A stretch of DNA of 64,000 nucleotides from an uncultured Gammaproteobacteria bacterium (GCA_964352335.1 CAYGRO010000007.1:361-64360); one strand, 5' to 3'; positions 44,382 through 54,239 are shown, numbered from the stretch's first letter. Numbers and translations are program-made. The notes: generated by a model not told the origin, from the sequence alone.

Positions 44382-44921
44382 ATGATCATAATTCAGTCAC
44401 TCTATTTTGCCTTGCCAATGTATTTAGGAAATATGGCGCCAGTAGTTGTAAAAAAACTACCTTTTTTAGATAGACCTGTTGATGGTGGTGCATTACTAAA
44501 TGGCAAGCCACTTTTTGGGAAAAACAAAACATGGAGAGGAATCGTCTTTGCAATACTATTCGGAATTCTGGCGGTATATTTACAAAGATGGATTGGTATT
44601 TACTCGAGTTATTTCCACGATTTGGAATTGATCGACTATAGCAATAGTTTTGCTCTTTTCTTGGGCGGTGTTATGGGGCTAGGAGCGATTATCGGGGATT
44701 TGTTTAAAAGCTTTTTGAAACGAAGAATTGGTATAGCCTCCGGACGACCATGGGTTCCATTTGATCAAATTGATTTGGTTGTTGGTGGATTGTTTTTAAC
44801 CTCTTTTTTCTATTGGCCAGGTTGGAATTATGCACTTATCATTTTACTTATTACCCCTGTTTTACATTGGATAACTAATTTGTTCGCCTATTTATTAAAG
44901 CTAAAAGAAGTTCCATGGTAG
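44382..44921 (+). CDS. CDP-archaeol synthase-like (CarS/DUF46) cytidylyltransferase
   Basis: PMYLGNMAPV, PVDGG, FGKNKTWRG, GDLFKSFLKRR, PFDQID, LKEVPW. Confidence 0.88.
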   Translation: MIIIQSLYFALPMYLGNMAPVVVKKLPFLDRPVDGGALLNGKPLFGKNKTWRGIVFAILFGILAVYLQRWIGIYSSYFHDLELIDYSNSFALFLGGVMGLGAIIGDLFKSFLKRRIGIASGRPWVPFDQIDLVVGGLFLTSFFYWPGWNYALIILLITPVLHWITNLFAYLLKLKEVPW

Positions 44922-45529
44922 AGAAAAAAATCGATCAATTAAATAAAGATGGTCAAGAGCTTAGAGCTATCACTCTTGCTCCTGTTTTTAAGTTTTTAAC
45001 AAAGTTGAAAATTCAAGCAAATGATATTACAGCGCTAAGATTACTTAGTTTACCTGTCTATCTTTATTTTATTGCTGATCACCCAGCAATTGCTGTGACA
45101 ACCTTGCTTATAGGGACATTTCTAGATTGGTTTGATGGTGGACTTGCACGCTACCAAAATAAGGCTTCTGATAGAGGAAAATTTTGGGATGTATTAGCTG
45201 ATCATACTATTTATGTTGTTGGGGTATTTGGCTTATTCTTTTTAAACACAATTTCACCAATCATTTTATCTTATCAATTGCTCATCGTTCCTATTCTGTA
45301 TTTACTTGCAACTATTGCCGCCGCTGAGTCAATGAAAACTGATTGGATCATTCATCCCTATTATCGAATTGTCTATTTCAAACCTTTTGGAATAGTCGCC
45401 ATGGTTCTTTATGCTTATTGGGGGGTGGACTATCTAGAAGAGACCATATATCTATTAAATATTGTCATGTCGGCATTGACCTTGTATTATATCTGGGTTC
45501 TACAAAAACGCTGGAAATCACATGACTAA
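44915..45529 (+). CDS. CDP-alcohol phosphatidyltransferase
   Basis: ANDIT; DWFDGGLAR-x7-GKFWDVLAD signature. Confidence 0.9.
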   Translation: MVEKKIDQLNKDGQELRAITLAPVFKFLTKLKIQANDITALRLLSLPVYLYFIADHPAIAVTTLLIGTFLDWFDGGLARYQNKASDRGKFWDVLADHTIYVVGVFGLFFLNTISPIILSYQLLIVPILYLLATIAAAESMKTDWIIHPYYRIVYFKPFGIVAMVLYAYWGVDYLEETIYLLNIVMSALTLYYIWVLQKRWKSHD

Positions 45530-47120
45530 ATTGACTGAAGTTAAACGAAAAATCAAAGAAAAACCCCAATTGGTACTTATTATCTTCGGGGTTGCTTTTT
45601 TCTTTATTTATAGCTGGCTCTATCTTTCTACTCCAGCCATTTATAATTCTCCTGATGAAACAGCAACGGCAATCTTTACAAATACCTATTTAGAGTCGTC
45701 AAGTTTTCAAATACCATTTAGTCCAAATCCTACCAATACAATTCACCCAAGAAGTGTGAATATTGCTGGTTCAAGCTTTGTCCCTGGTGGGTTTATTGGT
45801 TTACCTCTATTACTAGCAATCATTGGTAAGTTATTTGGTTCATTCTTTTTACTTACTTTTCCCGCACTTTTAGCGGTCATTGCTATCATTTGCTCGTATA
45901 GAATTTTTTCAGCAGTATTTTCTAAACAAATAGCTTTTTATTCGTCGATCTTGTTTTTCTTTTTACCACAATGGTGGCATTTTGTTTCAAAAGGATTTTT
46001 ACCAAATACCGTCTTTTTATCACTTCTTCTTATTGCCATTACTTGTTTTTTTATTGCGCATGACCAAAATAGAGCAAAATACCAGTCTCATCTATTTTCA
46101 TTTCTCTCTGGTATAACATTGCTTACAGCGCTTGTCATTCGCCCAAATGAATTCGTATGGGTGAGCGGTTGTATTCTTTTGCTTTTAATTGTGTATAGAA
46201 AAAAAGTAGAAATCCCTTTCATTATTTCTCTCTTTATAGGAGGGCTTATACCACTTGTCTTGGTTCTCACTATTCAATCGCAAACCTATGGTGGGGTATT
46301 TGTCACTGGTTATGATCAGCTTGAAGCAGTAGACCAAATTTCTTTTCTCTCTAAATTAATTGCAAATATCTTTCCTTTTGGGGTTGATCTTATTCAGTCT
46401 GCAAAAACGCTCTTTCTTTTTGTCTTTCAATTATTCTGGTGGCAAATTATTTTAATTGCACTAGGCTTTGTCTCCTTTGTGAAACGGCCTTTAAAATCAA
46501 ATGAACAAAAAATATATACAGCTATTTTTCTGCTAGTTTCCCTCTATTTATTTCTTTATTATGGTGCCTGGATTATTGCTGATGATTTAGATGTAACAAG
46601 AGTCAGTATTGGTATTTCCTATATTCGGTATTGGCTTCCATTTTCAGTTCTTTCAATTCCATTTATGGTTATGGGGCTAGAATACCTTGCTGAGAAAGCA
46701 AAGCCAAAAAAAGTAGTCTTTTCTGTTCTATTTATTTCACTACTTATCGGTCAAACTATTTTTGTCTATCAAGGGAAAGATGGTCTTCGAAAGATTCAGC
46801 AAACTGTAGTAAACTATAAAGACATACAAGATGGCATTCTACTTTCAACAGAACAAAATGCTATTATTGTAGGGGAGAGAATAGATAAAATCATTTGGCC
46901 TAAAAGACAAGTAATTCACTTTGAAGATCAAGATTATTCTTTTGTTTCAAACTTACCTTTGGTACTAGAGCACTATCCAGTTTACTGGCTTACTCTATTG
47001 CCGTATGATCATGTACTTATTTGGGAACAAACTGAATTTGCTCCTATTGGTTTAGAGCTTGAAACGATCGATTTTTCTCAAAGTGGTTACTCACTATATA
47101 AAATTCACTATGCTAACTAG
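45522..47120 (+). CDS. GT-C fold glycosyltransferase (PMT/ArnT-like)
   Basis: SPDE after TM1, about 12 TM helices, IRP, RYWLP. Confidence 0.75.
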   Translation: MTKLTEVKRKIKEKPQLVLIIFGVAFFFIYSWLYLSTPAIYNSPDETATAIFTNTYLESSSFQIPFSPNPTNTIHPRSVNIAGSSFVPGGFIGLPLLLAIIGKLFGSFFLLTFPALLAVIAIICSYRIFSAVFSKQIAFYSSILFFFLPQWWHFVSKGFLPNTVFLSLLLIAITCFFIAHDQNRAKYQSHLFSFLSGITLLTALVIRPNEFVWVSGCILLLLIVYRKKVEIPFIISLFIGGLIPLVLVLTIQSQTYGGVFVTGYDQLEAVDQISFLSKLIANIFPFGVDLIQSAKTLFLFVFQLFWWQIILIALGFVSFVKRPLKSNEQKIYTAIFLLVSLYLFLYYGAWIIADDLDVTRVSIGISYIRYWLPFSVLSIPFMVMGLEYLAEKAKPKKVVFSVLFISLLIGQTIFVYQGKDGLRKIQQTVVNYKDIQDGILLSTEQNAIIVGERIDKIIWPKRQVIHFEDQDYSFVSNLPLVLEHYPVYWLTLLPYDHVLIWEQTEFAPIGLELETIDFSQSGYSLYKIHYAN

Positions 47121-48621
47121 TTCTCATTATCGTGATGTCTTAAAACTGATTCGGATAGCACTGATCATCCTTTTTTGTTTCCTTGTTTTTTGGCTTATTA
47201 AACAAGATATCGCTTTTTCGGGTAAGTTTGCCGTTGAGCATGATTATTCCTCTCCATCACCTTTTTTTACTGAGCTAGTCCCTACGCAAAGAGTTGCCCT
47301 GTCAGATGCAGGGAATAGATTTATTGAAGAACCTATCTATACAACTCTTCGATATCCTCGTCCGTTTCAAGAATTACAATTGAATCTAACTTTTGATAAT
47401 CCAGATAATCTTTTTGTCGAATTTGGTCCGCAAATCGGTTTGCCAGAAGTTTATAAATTGCAAGCATTAAACCATCCTCTCTTAAATACATTATTAACCT
47501 CAAGTGATGATTGGGATAGCATCGGTGATCATCTTTATCAAAAAAGGTTTACAGATTATAGCTACGATTCAGTTGATCAGTTTACAAATGCTTTGCCGCC
47601 AATACAATCGGTGGGGTATTACGGAGTTGATTGGCAAAAACCTTATTTGCCAGAGTTTTCACAATTAATGAATCCTGTGACCATTACAACACCTCTTCGT
47701 GGGACACATCATTTCTATTTAGCATCAAATCAGCCATATATTGATCTTGATATCGACTTTCAAGATATTAATGCAACAAAAGGAAAAGATTTTGTTTCCG
47801 TTCAAATCAAAAATTGGGATGGTACTCTTTTGGAAGAGTGCTTGGCCAAGGACGATGGGGAAGAAAGAGAAAAAGGGGTCACATCAAAAAAGCAATCGCT
47901 TCATTGTGAAATAGCATTAGCATCACCTCAAGTGGTGATTGTGAGCATAGAAACAACCGATGATATTATCTTTCATTCAATTACAAGTTCAACACCATAT
48001 ATTGTGGCAAAAGACCATTTACGATTAGCTGGTGGAAATGAATATCTTTCAGAATTTGGAGCTGACAAAATTTCTTCTGTTGAAATTGTTACATCTGCTC
48101 GAAGTTGGGGGGCAATGACAACACATCGTTCTACTCTGCAGTCATTACGATTGGTTCGAGAGCAAGTTGCATTAGTTGAACCGTATCAAGCTGTTCATTA
48201 TCAAATGCCATCAAGTCAACGATTTTTGCTAGAAAAAGGATATTCATTTATCACAGAAAAAGGGAATGTAATTATTGATGGTAGAGGGGTTTATGCTTTA
48301 CCTGGTGCCAACTACTTTAGTCCTAAACCATGGCTTATTGATTCTACAACTGACCCGCAAGTTATAGGGATAAATTATCTTCTTACAGATTATGTTCCAC
48401 CAATTCAACAAGAAGACGGTTCAGTATTGCAGAAAGTAACAATAGATTTGGCAACTGTTTTTGCTCCAACAAAAGCATTACGGTTTCAGTGGTCATTACC
48501 TACGATGGAAGACAAAACGAACTTTGTCCTTAAAACAATACAAGCTCAGTATAAATCTGAGCCGATAACACTCTCTAATATACAAGAAAAGTTTTCACGA
48601 TTTATTGAAAGGGAATTTTAA
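47110..48621 (+). CDS. Single-pass membrane protein with large extracellular domain
   Basis: N-terminal TM; translationally coupled to both neighbours. Confidence 0.7.
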   Translation: MLTSSHYRDVLKLIRIALIILFCFLVFWLIKQDIAFSGKFAVEHDYSSPSPFFTELVPTQRVALSDAGNRFIEEPIYTTLRYPRPFQELQLNLTFDNPDNLFVEFGPQIGLPEVYKLQALNHPLLNTLLTSSDDWDSIGDHLYQKRFTDYSYDSVDQFTNALPPIQSVGYYGVDWQKPYLPEFSQLMNPVTITTPLRGTHHFYLASNQPYIDLDIDFQDINATKGKDFVSVQIKNWDGTLLEECLAKDDGEEREKGVTSKKQSLHCEIALASPQVVIVSIETTDDIIFHSITSSTPYIVAKDHLRLAGGNEYLSEFGADKISSVEIVTSARSWGAMTTHRSTLQSLRLVREQVALVEPYQAVHYQMPSSQRFLLEKGYSFITEKGNVIIDGRGVYALPGANYFSPKPWLIDSTTDPQVIGINYLLTDYVPPIQQEDGSVLQKVTIDLATVFAPTKALRFQWSLPTMEDKTNFVLKTIQAQYKSEPITLSNIQEKFSRFIEREF

Positions 48622-48623
48622 CT

Positions 48624-49007
48624 ATGACTACACCAACTAATCGTCAATGGTTTTTAAAAAAACTCACCAAAGATCTTTTTTTCTTTAGTGGTTCTTTTTG
48701 GGGTATCTTATTTATTCTTGAGCTTATCAAAAATGGTTTAGTTTCAAATTACTTTTCATTGCCACATTTAGCGCTTTGGGTTTTCCTTTTTGGGATAATC
48801 GCCTTGGTTTTTGATACAAATACAGGAATGAGCCAGTTTGATCAAAACCAAGGTATAAAGAAAAGAGAGCGGGTTTTCTTAGTCCTCTTTTCTGTGCTTA
48901 TTGCCTTTATTCTTATAATAGCGACGAACTTTTCTCTACCTTTGACCCTTTTATTAATATTTGTTACGGTTTTGGCACTTTGGTCAGTCGTTTATACAAA
49001 ATCTTAA
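48624..49007 (+). CDS. Small membrane protein (4 TM)
   Basis: Hydrophobic ORF inside the operon. Confidence 0.7.
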   Translation: MTTPTNRQWFLKKLTKDLFFFSGSFWGILFILELIKNGLVSNYFSLPHLALWVFLFGIIALVFDTNTGMSQFDQNQGIKKRERVFLVLFSVLIAFILIIATNFSLPLTLLLIFVTVLALWSVVYTKS

Positions 49008-49019
49008 TCACAAAAGCAT

Positions 49020-49841
49020 ATGAAATACCTTATTTTTGGTAACGGTTATTTAGGAAATAAGTTTAATGATGCTTTAGAAGATAGCGTTATTGATTTAGCT
49101 CGTATCGATAATCCTGAGCAAGTTCGTGAAGCCATTTTGAAACATAAACCAGATGTCGTTATTAATTGTGCGGCAAGAACAGGGACACCAAATATTGACT
49201 GGTGTGAGGATCATAAATTAGAAACGCTCGATGCAAATCTTCGAGGACCTATGACACTTTTGAAGGTTTGTGAAGAGTTAAACCAATATTGGGTCCAAAT
49301 CGGGAGTGGTTGTATTTATCAAGGAGATGATAATGGAAAAGGGTGGTCAGAAGAGGATGCGCCAAATTTTACAGGAAGTTATTATAGTAAAGTAAAAGCA
49401 TGGATGAATGATATTTTAAAAGATTATCCAGTTTTACAATTGCGATTACGCATGCCATTAGATTCTGAGCCAACACCAAGAAATTTCATTTGGAAGATTA
49501 CTCATTATGATCAAGTTATTAGCATGGCAAATTCCATCACTGTTATTGATGACTTAATTCTTGCAATGAAACAGCTGACAGAAAAAAAGGCAACGGGTAT
49601 TTATAATGTTGTAAACCCAGGGGTGATCGACCATAAAGAAATTTTAGCAATGTATAAAGAAATTGTTGACCCAAATCATACTTGCGAATTTATTACAATC
49701 GAACAATTAGATCAATTAACAAAAGCGCCAAGATCTAATTGTATGCTTTCATCAGAAAAATTAGAGGCAGCAGGTGTTCACCTACCGCCTGTTCATGAAC
49801 GAGTAAAAGAAGTATTAGTTGAATATAAAAATAAGCTCTAG
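49020..49841 (+). CDS. NDP-4-keto-6-deoxyglucose 3,5-epimerase/4-reductase (NRS/ER-like RmlD family)
   Basis: GNGYLG, TGTPNIDWCEDHK, SGCIY, PNFTGSYYSKVK, LRLRMP. Confidence 0.85.
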   Translation: MKYLIFGNGYLGNKFNDALEDSVIDLARIDNPEQVREAILKHKPDVVINCAARTGTPNIDWCEDHKLETLDANLRGPMTLLKVCEELNQYWVQIGSGCIYQGDDNGKGWSEEDAPNFTGSYYSKVKAWMNDILKDYPVLQLRLRMPLDSEPTPRNFIWKITHYDQVISMANSITVIDDLILAMKQLTEKKATGIYNVVNPGVIDHKEILAMYKEIVDPNHTCEFITIEQLDQLTKAPRSNCMLSSEKLEAAGVHLPPVHERVKEVLVEYKNKL

Positions 49842-49842
49842 T

Positions 49843-50673
49843 ATGAATCTTCCTTCGCTTTTAGTGCTATTTATTGGGGGGTGGGGAGTTGCCCCAAATG
49901 ATGCGAATAATCTATTTTATTCAAGTCAGTTTTCTTTTTTGGATGAATATATTTCTGCTTATCCTTCACTTACTATTTCAAAGCCCAAACAAACTCTAGC
50001 GAAAACATATCAAATGATTGGAGGAGGGGGGGCTGAGCAAAAAGCATTGCTCCCACTTTTAACTGAGCATCAAATTAGATTAGTTGCGATTGGAGGTGCA
50101 GAACGATATGGTCTTTTGACTTCAGATTTGGCCTCTACTGATGCTATTTTTGAGGAATCAAATTCTTATTATTGTTCAACACCACCGACTCCTTCACTCA
50201 GCGATCATCCTGAATCTTCTCTTTCTCAAATTACTAAGCAAATTGAAGCACAAATGAAGTATGCAAAAGATGCTGTTATTTTTGCTTCTATTGAGTCTAT
50301 AGCAACAGCATTACGCTATCACTCAAAAGACGTCGTTAATAAAAGTATTATCGCGACAGATAAATATTTGAAAAAAACAATACAAGAAGCACTTGTGGCT
50401 GGTATTCGTATTTTAATTATCGGAGACTCTATTGGTGCAGAATCTTTTGGTGATGATAATGAGCAAAAGGAAGAATTATTACCAGTTGTTTTTATTGCAA
50501 AAGATCAAGAAGGTTTAAGAGCTTCTGACAAAGATTATGCCAATGATTCTGTTTTTCCGCTCAAGCCTTCTGGAACAATTCATGATCTTGCGCCAACCAT
50601 TCTTTCTCTCATGCATATTCCCAAACCAGAATATTTTTCTGGAACAAACCTTTTTTCTGAAAGTTTAAATTAA
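49843..50673 (+). CDS. Degenerate iPGM-like (metalloenzyme fold) protein
   Basis: IGGWG, AERYG, GDSIGAE and DLAPTIL...P..FSG.NL align to GpmI; catalytic and metal residues missing. Confidence 0.7.
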   Translation: MNLPSLLVLFIGGWGVAPNDANNLFYSSQFSFLDEYISAYPSLTISKPKQTLAKTYQMIGGGGAEQKALLPLLTEHQIRLVAIGGAERYGLLTSDLASTDAIFEESNSYYCSTPPTPSLSDHPESSLSQITKQIEAQMKYAKDAVIFASIESIATALRYHSKDVVNKSIIATDKYLKKTIQEALVAGIRILIIGDSIGAESFGDDNEQKEELLPVVFIAKDQEGLRASDKDYANDSVFPLKPSGTIHDLAPTILSLMHIPKPEYFSGTNLFSESLN

Positions 50674-50677
50674 GCCT

Positions 50678-51046
50678 ATGATGAAGTTTTCTGGAATTGT
50701 TGAAAAAGGGGAAGGACAAGCTTCTCTCATAGCTGTTCCAACAGCCAATATTTCGCTTTCTCATGATAAACCAAATCCCGGTATTTATGCTTGTTCAATT
50801 GAGCTAGAAGAAGTGGTCTATAATGGAATTGCGTATATCGGCAAAGCTTGGTTATTGAGTGGGGCACCAGAGCGCATTGAGTTTCATCTATTTGACTATG
50901 AAGGACCAGCATTTTATGGTAAATCTATAACGGTTGACCTTAAAGAGTTTTTACGAGAACCGATTGAATTTACGTCAGAAGATCAAGCGAATAAACAAAT
51001 CATAAATGATATTAAAGCTGCAAATGCTTTCTTTTCAAACAACTAA
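50678..51046 (+). CDS. Stand-alone riboflavin kinase
   Basis: PTAN motif, GIY, EFHLFDY, FLRE...F. Confidence 0.88.
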   Translation: MMKFSGIVEKGEGQASLIAVPTANISLSHDKPNPGIYACSIELEEVVYNGIAYIGKAWLLSGAPERIEFHLFDYEGPAFYGKSITVDLKEFLREPIEFTSEDQANKQIINDIKAANAFFSNN

Positions 51047-51047
51047 T

Positions 51048-51638
51048 ATGTTTACAGGAATTATTGAACAAACAGGGAAAGTAAAAGACCTCACAGAAAA
51101 AGATCAAACTGCTACATTAACAGTTATCTCTTCTGGTTTTTTTGATGAAGTAAAACCAGGCGATAGCGTTGCTGTTAATGGGACTTGTTTAACGGTTGTT
51201 ACACATGATGCAGATTCTGCGACATTTGACTTGGGGCCTGAAACTTTAGAAAAAACAACGTTAAAAAATCAATGTAAAGACCAGGTGGTGAATTTAGAAT
51301 TACCACTAAGAATGTCTGATCGGCTCGGTGGTCATTTTGTCCAAGGACATGTAGACGGCAAAGCAAAGGTTCTTTCTATTGAAACAAAGGGTTCAACTTT
51401 ATGGATGCAATTAGAAATTGACCCTGCCTATTCGGCCTATATTCTAGACAAAGGATCAATTGCTATTGATGGTGTAAGTTTGACCATTGCAGAAAAAGAA
51501 AAGACAAGAATAAGTATTATGCTTATGAATTACACATTAGATAAAACAAATTTAAAGGACAGAAAAGTGGGGGATGAAGTGAATGTGGAATTTGATATCT
51601 TAGCAAAAATGACTCATCAAATGATTTCAAAAAAATAA
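51048..51638 (+). CDS. ribE: Riboflavin synthase (alpha)
   Basis: MFTGII, GDSVAVNGTCLT, GGHFVQGHVDG, KGSIAIDGVSLT. Confidence 0.97.
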   Translation: MFTGIIEQTGKVKDLTEKDQTATLTVISSGFFDEVKPGDSVAVNGTCLTVVTHDADSATFDLGPETLEKTTLKNQCKDQVVNLELPLRMSDRLGGHFVQGHVDGKAKVLSIETKGSTLWMQLEIDPAYSAYILDKGSIAIDGVSLTIAEKEKTRISIMLMNYTLDKTNLKDRKVGDEVNVEFDILAKMTHQMISKK

Positions 51639-51639
51639 T

Positions 51640-52107
51640 ATGCAAAGTAATTCCTTTAAAGAACAGGTATTAGAAAATACAAAAATTGCGATTGTTCGTT
51701 CTCGTTTCAATGAATCTGTGACTCAAAATATGTTAGATGCTTGTATTGATTCACTTAAATCAGCTGGGTTAACAGATAAAGATATTTCTATTACCGAAGT
51801 TCCTGGTGCCTTTGAAATTCCTCTCGTTGCTTCCGTATTGGCAAAACAGGATTTTGATGCCGTGATTACACTTGGTTGTGTCATGCGCGGTCAAACACCT
51901 CATGATCGTTATATTAGTCATGCCGTTATTGAGAAATTACAAGACATTGCTCTACAAGTGAATAAGCCAATCATTTTAGGTGTGATCACTCCATTAGACC
52001 AAGAACAAGCTGTGGCTCGTTCAAGTGGTGAGCATAATAAAGGGGTAGAAGCTGCATTATCTGCAGTGGAAATGATTCAGAGAATGCGAGAGATAACAAA
52101 GAGTTAA
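51640..52107 (+). CDS. ribH: 6,7-dimethyl-8-ribityllumazine synthase
   Basis: SRFN, VPGAFEIP, LGCVMRGQTPH, NKGVEAA. Confidence 0.96.
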   Translation: MQSNSFKEQVLENTKIAIVRSRFNESVTQNMLDACIDSLKSAGLTDKDISITEVPGAFEIPLVASVLAKQDFDAVITLGCVMRGQTPHDRYISHAVIEKLQDIALQVNKPIILGVITPLDQEQAVARSSGEHNKGVEAALSAVEMIQRMREITKS

Positions 52108-52133
52108 TATCCTTTACTTACTAGTGTGACGAT

Positions 52134-53213
52134 ATGAATGCAATCATCTTAGCCGGAGGACAAGGAACTCGGCTTTGGCCAATGTCTCGACGAGACAAGC
52201 CGAAGCAATTTTTTTCTATTCTTTCTTCGTATCCAATGATTGTAGAAGTGTATAATCGACTTGCTCATCAGTTTTCTGCTGATCAAATTTATATTGCCAC
52301 CTTAGAGCCCTTTGTTCCGATTACCAAAGAGTTATTACCAGAATTGAAAGACACACATTTTTTTACAGAACCAAGTAAAAGGGATAGCGGCCCAGCGATG
52401 GCCTTAGCCGCTTGGAGACTACAAAAAGAAGGCAAAGGTGATGAAGCATTCGTTTTTATCCCTACAGACCATTATATTGCTGATATTGATCGTTTTTTGC
52501 ATACAATAGCCATTGGTGGTCAACTCGTTAATGAGACCGGTAAAATGGTTGATATTAGTGTGACACCAGAATTTGCAAGTACAACATTGGGCTATACCCA
52601 AATTGGTGATCAATTTAAAACAATTGATGGAATAGAAGTATTCGCTTTCGCTGGGCATACCGAAAAACCAGATCATGCCAAAGCAAAAGAATATGTCGAT
52701 TCAGGTAAATATTTATGGCATGCCAATTATTATATGTGGACGCCAAAGTTATTGCTCGAAGCCTATAAAAAACATGCTCCAGAAATCTATACACTTTTAG
52801 AGCAAATGGACGTAGCTAGTTCAAAAGAAGACAAAGATGCCTTATATGATAAAATGCCAAGTGTTTCTATTGATTATGCTGTTACAGAAAAAATTGATTC
52901 AGAAGATGTTCTCATTATCAAAGGTGATTTTGGCTGGTCAGATATTGGTGCTTGGGATGTTTTGCATGATCGACTGAAGCAAAAACAAGCAGATGAAAAT
53001 CAAAATGTCTTAAAAGGAGATATTATTGCTTTAGAAACAAGTAATAGTCTTATCTACTCGCAACAAAATAAAATGATTGCTACTATTGGTTTAAGTGATA
53101 TGGTTGTTGTTGATACTCCCGATGCTTTATTGATTTGTCCAAAAGGGAGGTCACAAGAAGTCAAAAAACTCATCAATAAAATGAAATCTAATAAGCTTGA
53201 TAACTATCTATAA
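52134..53213 (+). CDS. manC: Mannose-1-phosphate guanylyltransferase
   Basis: LAGGQGTRLWPMSR..PKQF, PTDH, EKP, SIDYAVTEK, WSDIGAW. Confidence 0.93.
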   Translation: MNAIILAGGQGTRLWPMSRRDKPKQFFSILSSYPMIVEVYNRLAHQFSADQIYIATLEPFVPITKELLPELKDTHFFTEPSKRDSGPAMALAAWRLQKEGKGDEAFVFIPTDHYIADIDRFLHTIAIGGQLVNETGKMVDISVTPEFASTTLGYTQIGDQFKTIDGIEVFAFAGHTEKPDHAKAKEYVDSGKYLWHANYYMWTPKLLLEAYKKHAPEIYTLLEQMDVASSKEDKDALYDKMPSVSIDYAVTEKIDSEDVLIIKGDFGWSDIGAWDVLHDRLKQKQADENQNVLKGDIIALETSNSLIYSQQNKMIATIGLSDMVVVDTPDALLICPKGRSQEVKKLINKMKSNKLDNYL

Positions 53214-53219
53214 AGAATT

Positions 53220-54239
53220 ATGCGTTGGTTTATTCGAATTATTATCCTCCTTCTTATTCTCTCTGCACCAATTTGGTTTTGGTATCGTTCGCTTACAAAT
53301 TCATTTGAAGACGATATTCTTATACAACAGGATTTATTTTATGTTGTGGAACAGGGAAGCACACTAAATAGTGTTGCAGCCGACTTAGCAGAACAAGGGG
53401 TTATTGAAAAGGCAAGTACATTAAAATGGTTAGGTAAAATAGAGGGTGATACAACTATTTTCGCAGCAGCTTATGCGCTAAAGCCTGAGATGACTGTTAG
53501 AGAGGTTTATGAAGCTATTACACAAGGAAAAGCATTTTCTGATGAGGTACAAGTTACCGTTATCGAAGGCTTAACTCTAGATCAAATCGGAGATCAATTT
53601 GAAGAAGCTGGTTTAGTAACTTCTGATGCTTTTGTCACAGCAGCGAGTAGTGGTTTAAGTCGGTTTATAAATACGTATAGCTTTTTAACTGATCTACCAA
53701 AAGATTCAACATTAGAAGGATATCTTTTCCCAGATACATATCGGTTCTTTAAAGATGCAACAGTAGATGATATTTTACAGAAGTTGCTAACAACTTTCGA
53801 CACACGTTTAACCTCTGAAATGCGTATTGAAATTGCTAAATCTGGTAGAACTATTCATGAGGTTGTTACACTAGCAAGCATTGTACAAGATGAAGTAAGA
53901 ACTGAGGATCAAATGCTTACTGTTGCGGGGATATTTCAAAATCGTTTAGATGAAGGAATCGCTTTGCAAACAGATGCGAGTATTAATTACATCACAAGAA
54001 GTGGGCGAGATCGTTCTACGCTTGAGGATTTAGAAATTGATAGTCCATACAACACCTATAAATATGCAGGCTTACCTCCTGGTCCTATTGGGGCCCCTGG
54101 AGCGCAAGCATTATTAGCAGCAGTCACTCCTGAAGAGACAGAATATTTCTATTTCCTTACCGATAAGGCAGGGAGAGTGTATTATGGTAAGACATTCGCA
54201 GAACATCAAAATAACCGCCAATATTTAGATCATGAATAA
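53220..54239 (+). CDS. mltG: Endolytic transglycosylase MltG (YceG)
   Basis: LEGYLFPDTY, LASIVQDE, NRL, SPYNTY..GLPPGPI. Confidence 0.95.
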   Translation: MRWFIRIIILLLILSAPIWFWYRSLTNSFEDDILIQQDLFYVVEQGSTLNSVAADLAEQGVIEKASTLKWLGKIEGDTTIFAAAYALKPEMTVREVYEAITQGKAFSDEVQVTVIEGLTLDQIGDQFEEAGLVTSDAFVTAASSGLSRFINTYSFLTDLPKDSTLEGYLFPDTYRFFKDATVDDILQKLLTTFDTRLTSEMRIEIAKSGRTIHEVVTLASIVQDEVRTEDQMLTVAGIFQNRLDEGIALQTDASINYITRSGRDRSTLEDLEIDSPYNTYKYAGLPPGPIGAPGAQALLAAVTPEETEYFYFLTDKAGRVYYGKTFAEHQNNRQYLDHE

